Of a stretch of DNA of 64,000 bases, positions 26,114 to 35,366 are shown piece after piece. Source of the stretch: a virus; the IMG/VR virus record IMGVR_UViG_3300043570_004127, positions 105,328 through 169,327 of that record. One strand, written 5' to 3'. Position 1 is the first letter of the stretch; every line of letters starts with the position of its first letter. Position numbers and translations under genes: made by a program. Under the pieces are notes generated by a model. It saw only the letters and a list, made by a program, of their open reading frames with translations, searched no databases and was not told where the DNA came from.

Positions 26114-26721
26114 AAAAGAGATTGTACAGCCTGGATGATGGTCATATCCATCTCGCTAGTTTCTACTGTTTCTGCTAGTGGTTTAACGCTAAATCTAAAT
26201 CTGTACATCTGCCTGCCGTCTTTGCCAACTATAAATTTTTCGTAATAAGCATGTATTTTCTGCACCGCCCCACCGGCAAGGTTTTGACCCTGGGCAGCAG
26301 ACAGACTGGTTCCAGCTTTTGTATCATCAACAAGCCTTTTTGCATACCCTTTCATATGTGAGCATATTGGGTGTTCGTTATCTCCATTGATTTCCACTTT
26401 TTCCGTAATAGGAAAAGTCACAAATGGGTAAACTTCTTTAATAAAGTTAGATATTTCATGGTTATCCAAAGGCTCCATGTTCCAGAATTGGTTAGTTGGA
26501 ACTCCTACAACGCTAAAATCATCAAACATTTCATGCAGTTTCTGGAGTTCCCACAGATTTTTGGAAGTTCTCCCGTATGACCAAATGCGACTACATTTTG
26601 GCTCGTACCCCGCTTTTGAACCAAAAGGGAAAAAGAGCGTTACTTTACCCTTAAGGCTAGAAAGTATGTTCTCATCCCCATCTATCGATTTGATTGGTAT
26701 GTCGTAAATTGATTGATTCAT
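26110..26721 (-). CDS. Glutathione peroxidase-fold protein, atypical (no canonical active-site Cys)
   Basis: SIYDIPIKSIDG, LKGKVTL, VVGVPTNQF..MEP, TFPITEKVEING...HP, EKFIVGKDG; SKAG in place of SKCG. Confidence 0.8.
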   Translation of the reverse strand: MNQSIYDIPIKSIDGDENILSSLKGKVTLFFPFGSKAGYEPKCSRIWSYGRTSKNLWELQKLHEMFDDFSVVGVPTNQFWNMEPLDNHEISNFIKEVYPFVTFPITEKVEINGDNEHPICSHMKGYAKRLVDDTKAGTSLSAAQGQNLAGGAVQKIHAYYEKFIVGKDGRQMYRFRFSVKPLAETVETSEMDMTIIQAVQSLL

Positions 26722-27623
26722 GACAAATGTCCGGCTATTGAATATTCCGCAAACTGACCAATCTTCGCCAAACCCACAACATCACCATTTTCTTCATCGA
26801 TAGAAAATCTTATACTTATTTCGGCTATTACTGGTGTATCCACAGAGAACGATGCATCGAACGAGGTATCCGTATTAGTAAAACTCTCTATAAAGTACTT
26901 CCCGGTTGAATTAAATATTTCAGCAACATTTCCTTTTATCCCAAGGTTCACATCTTCTTTTCCAAATGGGGTGTTAATCCTAAGACAGTAAAACTTATCA
27001 TACCCACCATTTTCATTTTCGGCGGAGCGAGAGTACGCAGTCCAGTCTTGGGTTGGTTTTACGTTAGGGTCTTTCGGTGCAAAATTTGCACTTACGACCA
27101 AACGTGCTTCCTCTCTGTTTCGATGCCTATTTGTCATGTGTGTTAAATAGGAATTAAAGATTATCAAATCTCCTGTTTCCGGTTTTATCTCTATGGAGTT
27201 TTCGATTGTGTTTCCAGCATTCACTAGAAATATCAAATCGGCGCTTCCGTCTGGGGCGCACGGATAGTAAGCGATTGAGAAATACTCTTCGGGGTGTAGA
27301 TGCGTGTTTGATTTGTGGGAGTGTGCCGAGACCGACTGCCCAAATTCAAGGCTCAGTGTCCATATGTCGCTCATAACCATCTCTCGACCAACCGCGGTTG
27401 AAACTCGTTCCGTCAACTTGTCAATGAGCTTTTCTGACTCAATCATTCCAAATGGATATTTTCTATCTTCGTAATATGTGTGATGCTTGTCGTCCATAAA
27501 CGAATCGTCTATTTCTCCGTGAGCACCAGCAATCTCTTCCAGAAGTTTGGAATTATCAATACCGATTATCTTCGTTTTAAGGACATCAATCGACACCAGG
27601 TTTATTTTCTCAATATCACTCAT
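26718..27623 (-). CDS. 2OG-Fe(II) oxygenase 6 (HxH type, TIGR02466-like) with extra C-terminal domain
   Basis: HSH...FSIAYY...PETGDLIIFNSYLTH...RLVVSANF. Confidence 0.8.
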   Translation of the reverse strand: MSDIEKINLVSIDVLKTKIIGIDNSKLLEEIAGAHGEIDDSFMDDKHHTYYEDRKYPFGMIESEKLIDKLTERVSTAVGREMVMSDIWTLSLEFGQSVSAHSHKSNTHLHPEEYFSIAYYPCAPDGSADLIFLVNAGNTIENSIEIKPETGDLIIFNSYLTHMTNRHRNREEARLVVSANFAPKDPNVKPTQDWTAYSRSAENENGGYDKFYCLRINTPFGKEDVNLGIKGNVAEIFNSTGKYFIESFTNTDTSFDASFSVDTPVIAEISIRFSIDEENGDVVGLAKIGQFAEYSIAGHLS

Positions 27624-28290
27624 AGAAGAATTCGCCTAATTTTAGCGCAGTTGGTGGATTGTCTCGATGCCACACGTTTGTGACCATGACTTGCCTGATT
27701 CCGCTCTTTGCAGGTGTGGTCCCATGGACAACGTGGCCAGTATCAAAAATGATTACACGGTTACCCTTGTAGGCGATTCTTTCACGCTCTTCAACTGGAA
27801 CTAATAACGTGTTGATGTTTTCAGACTCAATAGCCAGTTTTTCTCCATCTTTCAAAATGGCTTTATTGTATATTTCAACAAAACCACCATCCTGATTGTC
27901 GAGACCATAGAATATCGAGCCAGTCAATGGGCCACTAAAAGTCTTTGACTCCTGGTAAAGAAAGGTGTCTTCATCGACATGAACATCAAGATACTGGCCT
28001 GGGAGATAGGTTCTTGTCCAGTACTCAATACCGAGGATTTCGCTTGTATCGCATGGAAGGTTGTCTTCCCAAATTGCCTGAACGACCCGCTTCCTTAATG
28101 TGTTTGCTGGAGTGGACCACCATCCATCCCAAAACATATATGGAGCAAAACAACTTGACTTTTCGTAATGGTACGAATTCAGCTCTGTAGCTAATCTTTC
28201 GTCAGAGCCCATTGACTCTGGGAAAAATAGTTTGTCAGCTAATACATCTTCATACAAAGAATCATTGAGTGCATTGTCTTTTATAATCAT
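27616..28290 (-). CDS. 2OG-Fe(II) oxygenase 7
   Basis: GIEYW...HVDED...GG...GNRVIIFD.GHVVHGTTP..SGIR. Confidence 0.85.
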   Translation of the reverse strand: MIIKDNALNDSLYEDVLADKLFFPESMGSDERLATELNSYHYEKSSCFAPYMFWDGWWSTPANTLRKRVVQAIWEDNLPCDTSEILGIEYWTRTYLPGQYLDVHVDEDTFLYQESKTFSGPLTGSIFYGLDNQDGGFVEIYNKAILKDGEKLAIESENINTLLVPVEERERIAYKGNRVIIFDTGHVVHGTTPAKSGIRQVMVTNVWHRDNPPTALKLGEFFYE

Positions 28291-29021
28291 GATTCTCCTT
28301 TGACGACAATAGTCATTCCGTAAAACAGAGGAACGTGATACACGCTGCAGCCGGATATCCTCTTAAGCGCTTCGTGGTATCCCCAGATTGGAGTTGCCTT
28401 TGTGTGATTGTTGTACAGAAACATACTGTCAGAGGTATTTTGGATTATCAGAATCCCGTTATCCTCGAGCCTGTCGACAAAGGCGCTAACAGGGATTAGT
28501 GGATTCTCCATATCCTGCGACCAAGAGAGCATCATGTCGTACTTATTGTTTACATGCTTTTCAAAATCCTGCATTGTAACGACGTCATAGTCGTCAATTG
28601 GGTCTTGGAACTTTTCATACAGACTAAGTTTTTTGTTGTTGAGAAAGGTAATGTGGGCCCCATGTATCGACTTAAAAACCTTTAATCTGAACCTATCGAG
28701 ACCACCTGAAATTGCCAATACATTTTTCTTCTTTGAGATATCCATAATCCCAAGAATTAGAAGAATCGACATCCATTGAGCCTGACCATACGCACTTGAA
28801 AGATTTGGTCTTGGATAATGGACAACGAACTCATAATCGCTCGCACCGCCGGTGGCAATATTCCTTCTATCAATACCAACCGTATTGAAAAGATACTCGG
28901 CTATAGCGACAGAGTGACCACCATCTTCGCGGTTGCATTGGTCTGCATATTCTTCCCAATTAAACTGAAGAGAACTAAAATCAAAAGAAACTTCAGGTTC
29001 ATACCTTTTATCTTGTTCCAT
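28287..29021 (-). CDS. Hypothetical protein, possible degenerate class I methyltransferase fold
   Basis: KKNVLAISGG, KYDMML, DRLEDNGILII resemble SAM-MTase strands. Confidence 0.45.
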   Translation of the reverse strand: MEQDKRYEPEVSFDFSSLQFNWEEYADQCNREDGGHSVAIAEYLFNTVGIDRRNIATGGASDYEFVVHYPRPNLSSAYGQAQWMSILLILGIMDISKKKNVLAISGGLDRFRLKVFKSIHGAHITFLNNKKLSLYEKFQDPIDDYDVVTMQDFEKHVNNKYDMMLSWSQDMENPLIPVSAFVDRLEDNGILIIQNTSDSMFLYNNHTKATPIWGYHEALKRISGCSVYHVPLFYGMTIVVKGES

Positions 29022-29289
29022 TTGTCACCTCGTATAGAGCAGCCTGCACATCAAACCAAGCACGGCGGACATTTCTTGTCAGTGTGATATTTTGTCTTTT
29101 TATATAGTCCTTAACACTGGAATCAATTTCGGTGTCATGGTCATATCGGTATCTGTCTCGAATTGCGTTTACGCAATCGTCTATTGTGATTTCGTCAAAA
29201 CGCGATTCATCAAACCCGAGTATGAACAAGTATGCTGCAAGCTGTTCTGAACGATACGCCAAATCGGCAACTGGGTCATACCTGCTCAT
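29008..29289 (-). CDS. Hypothetical protein (93 aa)
   Basis: Overlaps neighbours in a tightly packed - strand operon. Confidence 0.65.
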   Translation of the reverse strand: MSRYDPVADLAYRSEQLAAYLFILGFDESRFDEITIDDCVNAIRDRYRYDHDTEIDSSVKDYIKRQNITLTRNVRRAWFDVQAALYEVTNGTR

Positions 29290-29467
29290 CTTTTTCCTTT
29301 TTCACATCAAACATTGCTACACCTTGACACATTGATACAGGCTTACCAGCAACATAATAGACACCGGTGCTTGAGTCCCATTCAATAATCTCGTTATCCC
29401 ACTCTTCGGCGTCAGTTATTGCTTCACCTTTTCTGGTGCTCATCTTGAAGTCTTGTGGCTCATCCAT
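29276..29467 (-). CDS. Hypothetical protein (63 aa)
   Basis: Tightly packed operon. Confidence 0.6.
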   Translation of the reverse strand: MDEPQDFKMSTRKGEAITDAEEWDNEIIEWDSSTGVYYVAGKPVSMCQGVAMFDVKKEKDEQV

Positions 29468-29675
29468 CTTTAAGTGCTTCCAATGCGGAGTACTCGTTTG
29501 ACATAAGCCTAAAAGCGTTGTACTCTATTGTTCCTTCTTCGTGCGTATTTTCCCCAGAATACACGGGGGTCATACCCTCGCTCGCCATCAACTGACTCAT
29601 CTCCCCTATTGACGCGGTCAGAAATCGTGCAGCCCTATTCTTTGCCATTAGAGGGTCATATTTTCCAAGTTTCAT
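29460..29675 (-). CDS. Hypothetical protein (71 aa)
   Basis: ATGA coupling with the upstream oxygenase. Confidence 0.65.
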   Translation of the reverse strand: MKLGKYDPLMAKNRAARFLTASIGEMSQLMASEGMTPVYSGENTHEEGTIEYNAFRLMSNEYSALEALKDG

Positions 29676-30289
29676 AAAAGTTCACGTATCCTCTCGTGCA
29701 GGCCAACAAGCTTATCAGTCGTATAAAAAGATGCAAGGGTGTACCTATCCCCACTGAGAACAGGCTTTACCTCGTGTCTAAACTCGGAGCCGCTTGGGAA
29801 GAAAACTAGCTGATTTGCTTTCGGCTTAATCATCAGGTCAAGTTCTTCAAAATACAACTCACCCCCATCGTAATCAGCATTGAGGTAGAGGATTGATGAG
29901 TACTCATTTAGGACTTCAGACATCTGGTTGTTTGGGTCGTAGTTTCTGAGTGGCTCTGGATTGCCCCCGTAGTATCCTTCTGCATCTGCGTGCATTTTAA
30001 GATACGAGCCAGGCAGGTACTTTCTTAAATACGGTTCATACAAGAAGCACAACCTCCTACCCACCGTGGCGGATACGAGCGCCAATGCTCTAGATGAGAC
30101 GTCTATGCGTTCCTGGCAGTCTGGTCTTTCGGTATATCTTTCACCGTCTAGATACTCCTGCCAGGTGTTATCCCAATGAATGAATTCCTTGCACTTATAA
30201 AGAATTTTTGACAATTCGTCACTCGTTGCAAAGTTGTCAACAACATGAACATTTCTTATCAATAAATCTTTATAATCAAGCATCGACAT
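29672..30289 (-). CDS. 2OG-Fe(II) oxygenase (P4H-like) 8
   Basis: HAD...YLNADYDGGELYF...HEVKPVLSGDRY. Confidence 0.9.
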   Translation of the reverse strand: MSMLDYKDLLIRNVHVVDNFATSDELSKILYKCKEFIHWDNTWQEYLDGERYTERPDCQERIDVSSRALALVSATVGRRLCFLYEPYLRKYLPGSYLKMHADAEGYYGGNPEPLRNYDPNNQMSEVLNEYSSILYLNADYDGGELYFEELDLMIKPKANQLVFFPSGSEFRHEVKPVLSGDRYTLASFYTTDKLVGLHERIRELL

Positions 30290-30291
30290 TA

Positions 30292-30996
30292 TTATTGTCC
30301 TGGAATTTTTAGTTTTGGCATTCCCTTGAAAGTGGGTCCAATTTTATTCCCGTCAGCGTCAAGGCCAGTCTTTATTCCTTTTGTCCATGTCCAAGGATTC
30401 TCTTCGTTGTTTTTCATCTTCACATCGCCATACTTTGCGCGGCTCTTCATAAGCTCCATGTCATCTGAAAGGTTGCCGATGGTGAATTCAACATTCTCCA
30501 AAACGGTACTTTCAAATATTGAGAAAAACATGAATGGCATTCCAGCCTCAAACAAGACAGGTTCACCAATCTTGTTTATCTTCCAGTTCATTTGGAACTC
30601 ATCGGGCCACCAACTACTTGGAATGATTGCAGAGAGTGCTTGTGCGTCATCTCTTATGTAGTTAGGCGAACCACCAATAAATGTCTCGTACCCTGGTTCG
30701 GTTCCGAAAATCCAACCGACAGAGAAAGAAACCATTCCGATTATTCCACCGTAGGCAATCTGTCTGCCGCCGTATGAACCGCCTTCAAGTATTGTTGGGA
30801 CTGTATTACCGCCGTCCCACTGGGCAATAACGTCTTGCGGAAGAACAAGTTCCCAGCCATACACATTGGCTACCGTCATTGGCAGGCATTGATATGCATG
30901 TTTTTTGTATGTTTCATCCATCCAGTCACGATTGATTCTGGATTGTCGAATCTCTGGTGGGTTATCGTGTGTTCGTTTTAGATTCACCTTAACCAT
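30292..30996 (-). CDS. DUF6065-family protein
   Basis: RDWMDET..KHAYQCLPMTVANVYGWEL...GSPN...W.P..F.MNWKI...FEAG.PF. Confidence 0.75.
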   Translation of the reverse strand: MVKVNLKRTHDNPPEIRQSRINRDWMDETYKKHAYQCLPMTVANVYGWELVLPQDVIAQWDGGNTVPTILEGGSYGGRQIAYGGIIGMVSFSVGWIFGTEPGYETFIGGSPNYIRDDAQALSAIIPSSWWPDEFQMNWKINKIGEPVLFEAGMPFMFFSIFESTVLENVEFTIGNLSDDMELMKSRAKYGDVKMKNNEENPWTWTKGIKTGLDADGNKIGPTFKGMPKLKIPGQ

Positions 30997-31531
30997 AAAG
31001 AATTGCCATCTCCTCTGCTAGGACGCGGTTTAATAATTTTGCTGATTTTGGTAGCGTTCTTATTCTCCAAAAACCACCAAACAAATCTTTCACTGCATCC
31101 GCATGCGGACCAGACAGGTACATTGTTTTTTCGCCAATGTCGTCACTTGATGGTTCGGTAATTGGCCAACCGCGTAGGGCTCCCTCCACATACTTGACCC
31201 CTTTGGGAACGAGTATGTTTTCAAGGTCGGCGTCATTTGAATCAGCCCACATTGCGTTCAGGTCGATATATATGCCTTTGAAATTCCGTGAAACTATTTC
31301 CTGGCCAAGCTCAAACGGGTCGAAGTTCTTTGCAATACAAAAAAAGAACTCACTCTTTTCTACGAGCGCATCAAACGTGAGAACGTCCTGTATCCCAAAC
31401 TTTTCCGCACGGGCCTTAGTTTCGTCAGAGCGGCCCTCGGACGCCCATATGCATTCATGACCGTACAAAGAGCAAGAGTACGCGACGGTTGAACCCATTG
31501 CCCCAGGAGAGTAGATTCCTACGACCGCCAC
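30989..31531 (-). CDS. NAD(P)-binding Rossmann protein (6PGD/3-hydroxyisobutyrate dehydrogenase N-terminal domain only)
   Basis: VGIYSPGAMGS, WASEGRSDETKARA, YIDLNA, YVEGALRG.P, MYLSG; only 180 aa. Confidence 0.8.
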   Translation of the reverse strand: MAVVGIYSPGAMGSTVAYSCSLYGHECIWASEGRSDETKARAEKFGIQDVLTFDALVEKSEFFFCIAKNFDPFELGQEIVSRNFKGIYIDLNAMWADSNDADLENILVPKGVKYVEGALRGWPITEPSSDDIGEKTMYLSGPHADAVKDLFGGFWRIRTLPKSAKLLNRVLAEEMAILYG

Positions 31532-32196
31532 TACTGACTAAGTGGAGCCTTTACTCCATCGTAGCTGCCCTTGATGTCGTGGTTTCTGTCGTTGTAGTCA
31601 AACATTGTTACCGCTGAGTACTTGGTTCCACTTATCACGGGTTTTGCTGCGTGGGCATAGATAAAGGTTGACGGGAACATAACAATGTCTCCAGCTTCGG
31701 GCTTAAATGTCAAGTCCAAGTATGGAAACCATAGTTCTCCACCTTCGTAGTCATCGTTGAAATATCCGACAGAAGAAACTGTACATGTGTAAGAAAACCC
31801 ATGGTCTGTGTGCACCTGGAAGTGTTGGCTTTCTTTGTACCGAATAAAGTTAATGGCTTCCATGTATTCCATGTTTATGTTGTAGCGACTCTGGTAATCA
31901 GTCATGCACGCACGTATGGCACCAGCCGTGTCTGCATATATATTTTTTAGCTCTGCAAATTGTGGATACTGTTGAAGGTATTCAATATGTGTTTCCCCAA
32001 TTTTGCAGTCAACACAGTCTCGGTACTCTGGCATTTTTTGCGAGTATCCAACAAGGGCTTCGTTCCACTTGAATAGACCTACCGTACTATTTCCTATAGT
32101 CGCCTCTAGACGATTAATTATGTCCAATTCTTTTGGTAGTGCATTTTTGTAGAGAAGAATCCCTAGGCGCGGGTCGCTGAGTATTTCGGTTTCCAT
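31531..32196 (-). CDS. 2OG-Fe(II) oxygenase (P4H-like) 9
   Basis: HTD...YFNDDYEGGELWF...FPSTFIYAHAAKPVISGTKYS. Confidence 0.92.
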   Translation of the reverse strand: METEILSDPRLGILLYKNALPKELDIINRLEATIGNSTVGLFKWNEALVGYSQKMPEYRDCVDCKIGETHIEYLQQYPQFAELKNIYADTAGAIRACMTDYQSRYNINMEYMEAINFIRYKESQHFQVHTDHGFSYTCTVSSVGYFNDDYEGGELWFPYLDLTFKPEAGDIVMFPSTFIYAHAAKPVISGTKYSAVTMFDYNDRNHDIKGSYDGVKAPLSQ

Positions 32197-32250
32197 AGTC
32201 CCAGTCTATACATATCGGAGATGTCCATACGCCACCTGGAGATACGTGAT

Positions 32251-33105
32251 TTAGAGCGGAAGGAATGCTTCTGCAAAATGTATCTGCCTATGAATCCCGG
32301 GGTGGACCGAATCGACAGCCTCATCCCAGAACTCCACATTATCTCCGTCGTGCTCACACCCGTCAATCATTAACGATTCATTTGGGTTGATGAAATTTTC
32401 AATCCCAAGTACGGAATAGACGCGATTATCTACAGGGTCCCACGAGTAAAACTTAAAATTTATTTCTTCTATGGAGCAGAAATCCTGGAGATTCTTTAAA
32501 GAGTTCAATGAGTTTTGGATAACAATATCTAAAGATATCTCTTTACCTCTTGAGCGCCCTGGGAAGAAATTTTCATGAGACAGAAACTCACGGTCTCTTT
32601 TCGACCAGGCGAACCTCTCCCTGTACGGGGGTGTGTCTACGCTTATCCATTGTCTACCTGCTTCTGGGGCGAGGAAAAGTAAATGTTTTGGTTTGCCATA
32701 AATCTTAATGAATTCAAAGACAGCTGTAGTAATCTGCTGAATCGAGCCGCCAGGTATTCCTAGTTGGTTAAAAGAAAGTTGTGTTCTTTCGCCGACGACA
32801 TACGGCCAGGAGAGACCAGTGCTTAGTCCTATTCCGGCAGTGAAAGAGCATCCTGCGGCAAGTATTTCAGCATTTCTTATGAATTCTTTACCTATAATCC
32901 CATTTTTGTTTACGTGGTATTTTACGTTCTCATGCGGTTTATGTGAAGCAGAATCATTCGTGTCCAAGCCAGATTCTTTGTAACTAAAAAAACTTGGATT
33001 AAATTGTGCTTCACCGCAAAAATCTATAACGTCTTTCGAAAACATGTTTTCGTAAACGTTTTGCAAACGCTTTTCGTATATTTTTCGATAATGGTTTTCG
33101 CGCAT
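32251..33105 (-). CDS. SGNH/GDSL-like hydrolase or acyltransferase
   Basis: AAGCSFTAG, WP, NQLGIPGGS, D..HPG...H; probable start ATG 33105 (track uses TTG 33135). Confidence 0.6.
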   Translation of the reverse strand: MRENHYRKIYEKRLQNVYENMFSKDVIDFCGEAQFNPSFFSYKESGLDTNDSASHKPHENVKYHVNKNGIIGKEFIRNAEILAAGCSFTAGIGLSTGLSWPYVVGERTQLSFNQLGIPGGSIQQITTAVFEFIKIYGKPKHLLFLAPEAGRQWISVDTPPYRERFAWSKRDREFLSHENFFPGRSRGKEISLDIVIQNSLNSLKNLQDFCSIEEINFKFYSWDPVDNRVYSVLGIENFINPNESLMIDGCEHDGDNVEFWDEAVDSVHPGIHRQIHFAEAFLPL

Positions 33106-33166
33106 CCTGTCAAAGCCCAATGTTTTTACCCGCAACCTTCACAAACGCTTCATCCATTACTGCAGT

Positions 33167-33829
33167 CTATACGGTAGTAAAGAATCCTTGTGACATATAG
33201 CGGGTACCGGAGATAATCGGCCTCACGCCATGGGCCATATCTTCGTGCCAAGTGTGCGACCAAATCAGTAAAGAATTAGCTTTTGGTTTTATCGATAGTC
33301 CAAGGATTGGCATGTATAACTCACCGCCCTCGTAGTCGTCATTGACGTAGTAGACGCATGAAAAGTCAGTGACTGCGCCAGCCTTATCCAAAAACACGCC
33401 GTCGCAGTGAAGGCCCATATTGTCGCCTTCTTTGGCCATCGACAACCAGGGACCGCTTTCAAAATAGGTCTTATTCCCGTAAGTGTCTTTTATTGTGTCT
33501 CTGACATTTATCAACATCCACGACAGAATTTTGTTAACCTTCTCATCTGCTGGTATATGCATGGAAATTTTGTAATTATCCCCGTTTGTCATGTAGCCAC
33601 CAGAACTAATTTCATCCCTGGTTGGCAAGAAAGAGGTTTGGAAGGTTATCTCTGGGTTAAGAGAATGGGTCTTTTTCTTCCAACCAATCTCTGGGTTATG
33701 ACCAACAAACTCAAATTTATCTTCATTATTCTCGCAATATGCTTTTACTACTCCCCATTCATCTTGTGGTAGGTAGTCAACGAACAAACCTATTCTTGGC
33801 GTATTGGTAAGAAGAGGTTCGTGTCCCAT
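33167..33829 (-). CDS. 2OG-Fe(II) oxygenase (P4H-like) 10
   Basis: HCD...YVNDDYEGGELY...HGVRPIISGTRY. Confidence 0.9.
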   Translation of the reverse strand: MGHEPLLTNTPRIGLFVDYLPQDEWGVVKAYCENNEDKFEFVGHNPEIGWKKKTHSLNPEITFQTSFLPTRDEISSGGYMTNGDNYKISMHIPADEKVNKILSWMLINVRDTIKDTYGNKTYFESGPWLSMAKEGDNMGLHCDGVFLDKAGAVTDFSCVYYVNDDYEGGELYMPILGLSIKPKANSLLIWSHTWHEDMAHGVRPIISGTRYMSQGFFTTV

Positions 33830-33830
33830 A

Positions 33831-34448
33831 TCATTCGACCGTAAAGAATGCTGGGGATGTGTATCGCTCGCCGCTCGTGACCATTTTCACACCATGTAGA
33901 TAGTTGATGTCCCCAGGGTGGATTACGGCAAGACCAGGCTCTGGCTTTACGACGATGTCGTGTTCTGGATAGTAAAGTTCTCCGCCTTCGAAGTCGTCGT
34001 TCCAATAGAAAAGCGAATTGATGTCGTATGTTGGGAACGGATTTGGTGAGCCATCATTCATCTGCTTATCCGCATGTGGGCGTTGTTCAATCCCACCAAA
34101 CCACCGAACTATGCATGGTGGCCGTTTCTCTAGTTTGCAATTAAAAATCTCACCTGCAGTCACAGCCATCTTGTCGAGATAGAAATCAATAAGGTCGTAC
34201 ACCTCTTTGTTGATTCTCTCCAAAATAGTCGAAGTACATTGCCTATTGTTCCAATACGCAGCATTATAAGTGCATACGCCGTTTTCGTCAAAGATGTCCG
34301 TGTCCGAACCATTTGACCATTCTTTTATGGTCCTAGCAAATGACGAGATGATAGATGCATCTTTTTCATCAATGAAGTTCTTTATGACGTGGATATTTTC
34401 TGGGCCAGTGCCGAAAAATCCAGGTTCTATCTTCCATGGTGAATTCAC
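33831..34448 (-). CDS. 2OG-Fe(II) oxygenase (P4H-like) 11
   Basis: HADK...YWNDDFEGGELYY...HPGD..YLHGVKMVTSGERY. Confidence 0.92.
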   Translation of the reverse strand: MNSPWKIEPGFFGTGPENIHVIKNFIDEKDASIISSFARTIKEWSNGSDTDIFDENGVCTYNAAYWNNRQCTSTILERINKEVYDLIDFYLDKMAVTAGEIFNCKLEKRPPCIVRWFGGIEQRPHADKQMNDGSPNPFPTYDINSLFYWNDDFEGGELYYPEHDIVVKPEPGLAVIHPGDINYLHGVKMVTSGERYTSPAFFTVE

Positions 34449-34475
34449 GGAATAAGACTACATCACCCTTAAGGC

Positions 34476-35366
34476 TTAATTGAGCCCCAGATATTCATCG
34501 ATATCAAGACTGATTAGGTCAAGGGACACGTCTACACCCTTTTCCTTTACCTGTGGGTCAATCCATGGTTCGCCATCATCTTTTGGACCTACGAATGGCT
34601 TCCAGTCTTTTTCACCATTGTCTAGAAACTTCTCATCAAGCCACGGATATATTTCGCCAAAGACGTCTCTTTCGCCGAGCAAGAAACCATTTGAGTATCT
34701 CTTGGTTTTGGTTCCAGTTCTGTCAATCAAGAACTTTGTGAAGTTCCCCGTAATTGGAAAGGCGCGTTTTGCGTCTTTTGGAACATCTTCAGAAATACCC
34801 GACCAAGGCACTGATTCTCCAGTATATGGAACACCAAGTTTATTTAGTGTCGCGTTATAGCCCTCTGTTAGGTAGTACCAAAGAGTATTCTGTGTCTGGG
34901 ATATTTCCGTATTTGGAACAAAATCGGACTCATATGTAACTTTGTCAACTCTGCCATTAGTGAGTTCTGAGAACTCAAATGTGGTTCCAAAGTTCTCTTC
35001 CGCGTACTTTTTGGCAAATTCACCAACCGACATATCAATATTGTTCACTGTGCAGTACGAGGCAATCCCATCCTGGAATTCTTTGTACCCATGGCACTGA
35101 AAGTCATCGACAACAATCGCAATAATGTCAAAGTCTGGTTCATTCTTGTAACGCTGATTTAGCTTCTCTATAATGCCGTGCTGTGGAATATTGCCACAAC
35201 CTGCAGCAACGTTGAATAAAAGGGTTACCTTGCCTTTTCTGTTGGCCAGAATATCTTGCACTTTTCCATCGCTAGAGGCAATTGGTATGTCATAAAGCGA
35301 AATCGGATGAACGACCTCTGAGGCCACTGCGTGTTCACTGTTTAGGTAGTTTTCAATCGACGTCAT
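34476..35366 (-). CDS. Glutathione peroxidase-fold protein
   Basis: SLYDIPI, KGKVTLLFNVAAGCGNIPQ, GNFTKFLIDRTG. Confidence 0.85.
   Translation of the reverse strand: MTSIENYLNSEHAVASEVVHPISLYDIPIASSDGKVQDILANRKGKVTLLFNVAAGCGNIPQHGIIEKLNQRYKNEPDFDIIAIVVDDFQCHGYKEFQDGIASYCTVNNIDMSVGEFAKKYAEENFGTTFEFSELTNGRVDKVTYESDFVPNTEISQTQNTLWYYLTEGYNATLNKLGVPYTGESVPWSGISEDVPKDAKRAFPITGNFTKFLIDRTGTKTKRYSNGFLLGERDVFGEIYPWLDEKFLDNGEKDWKPFVGPKDDGEPWIDPQVKEKGVDVSLDLISLDIDEYLGLN

Noticed and set aside
21663-34448. DNA hypermodification (TET/JBP or AlkB) cluster
   Set aside because: Motifs are P4H-like (YLNDDYEGGEL.F...H.V.P...G.RY), and the context is fibre genes with no nucleotide kinases, thymidylate synthase homologs or polymerase; disfavoured but not strictly excluded
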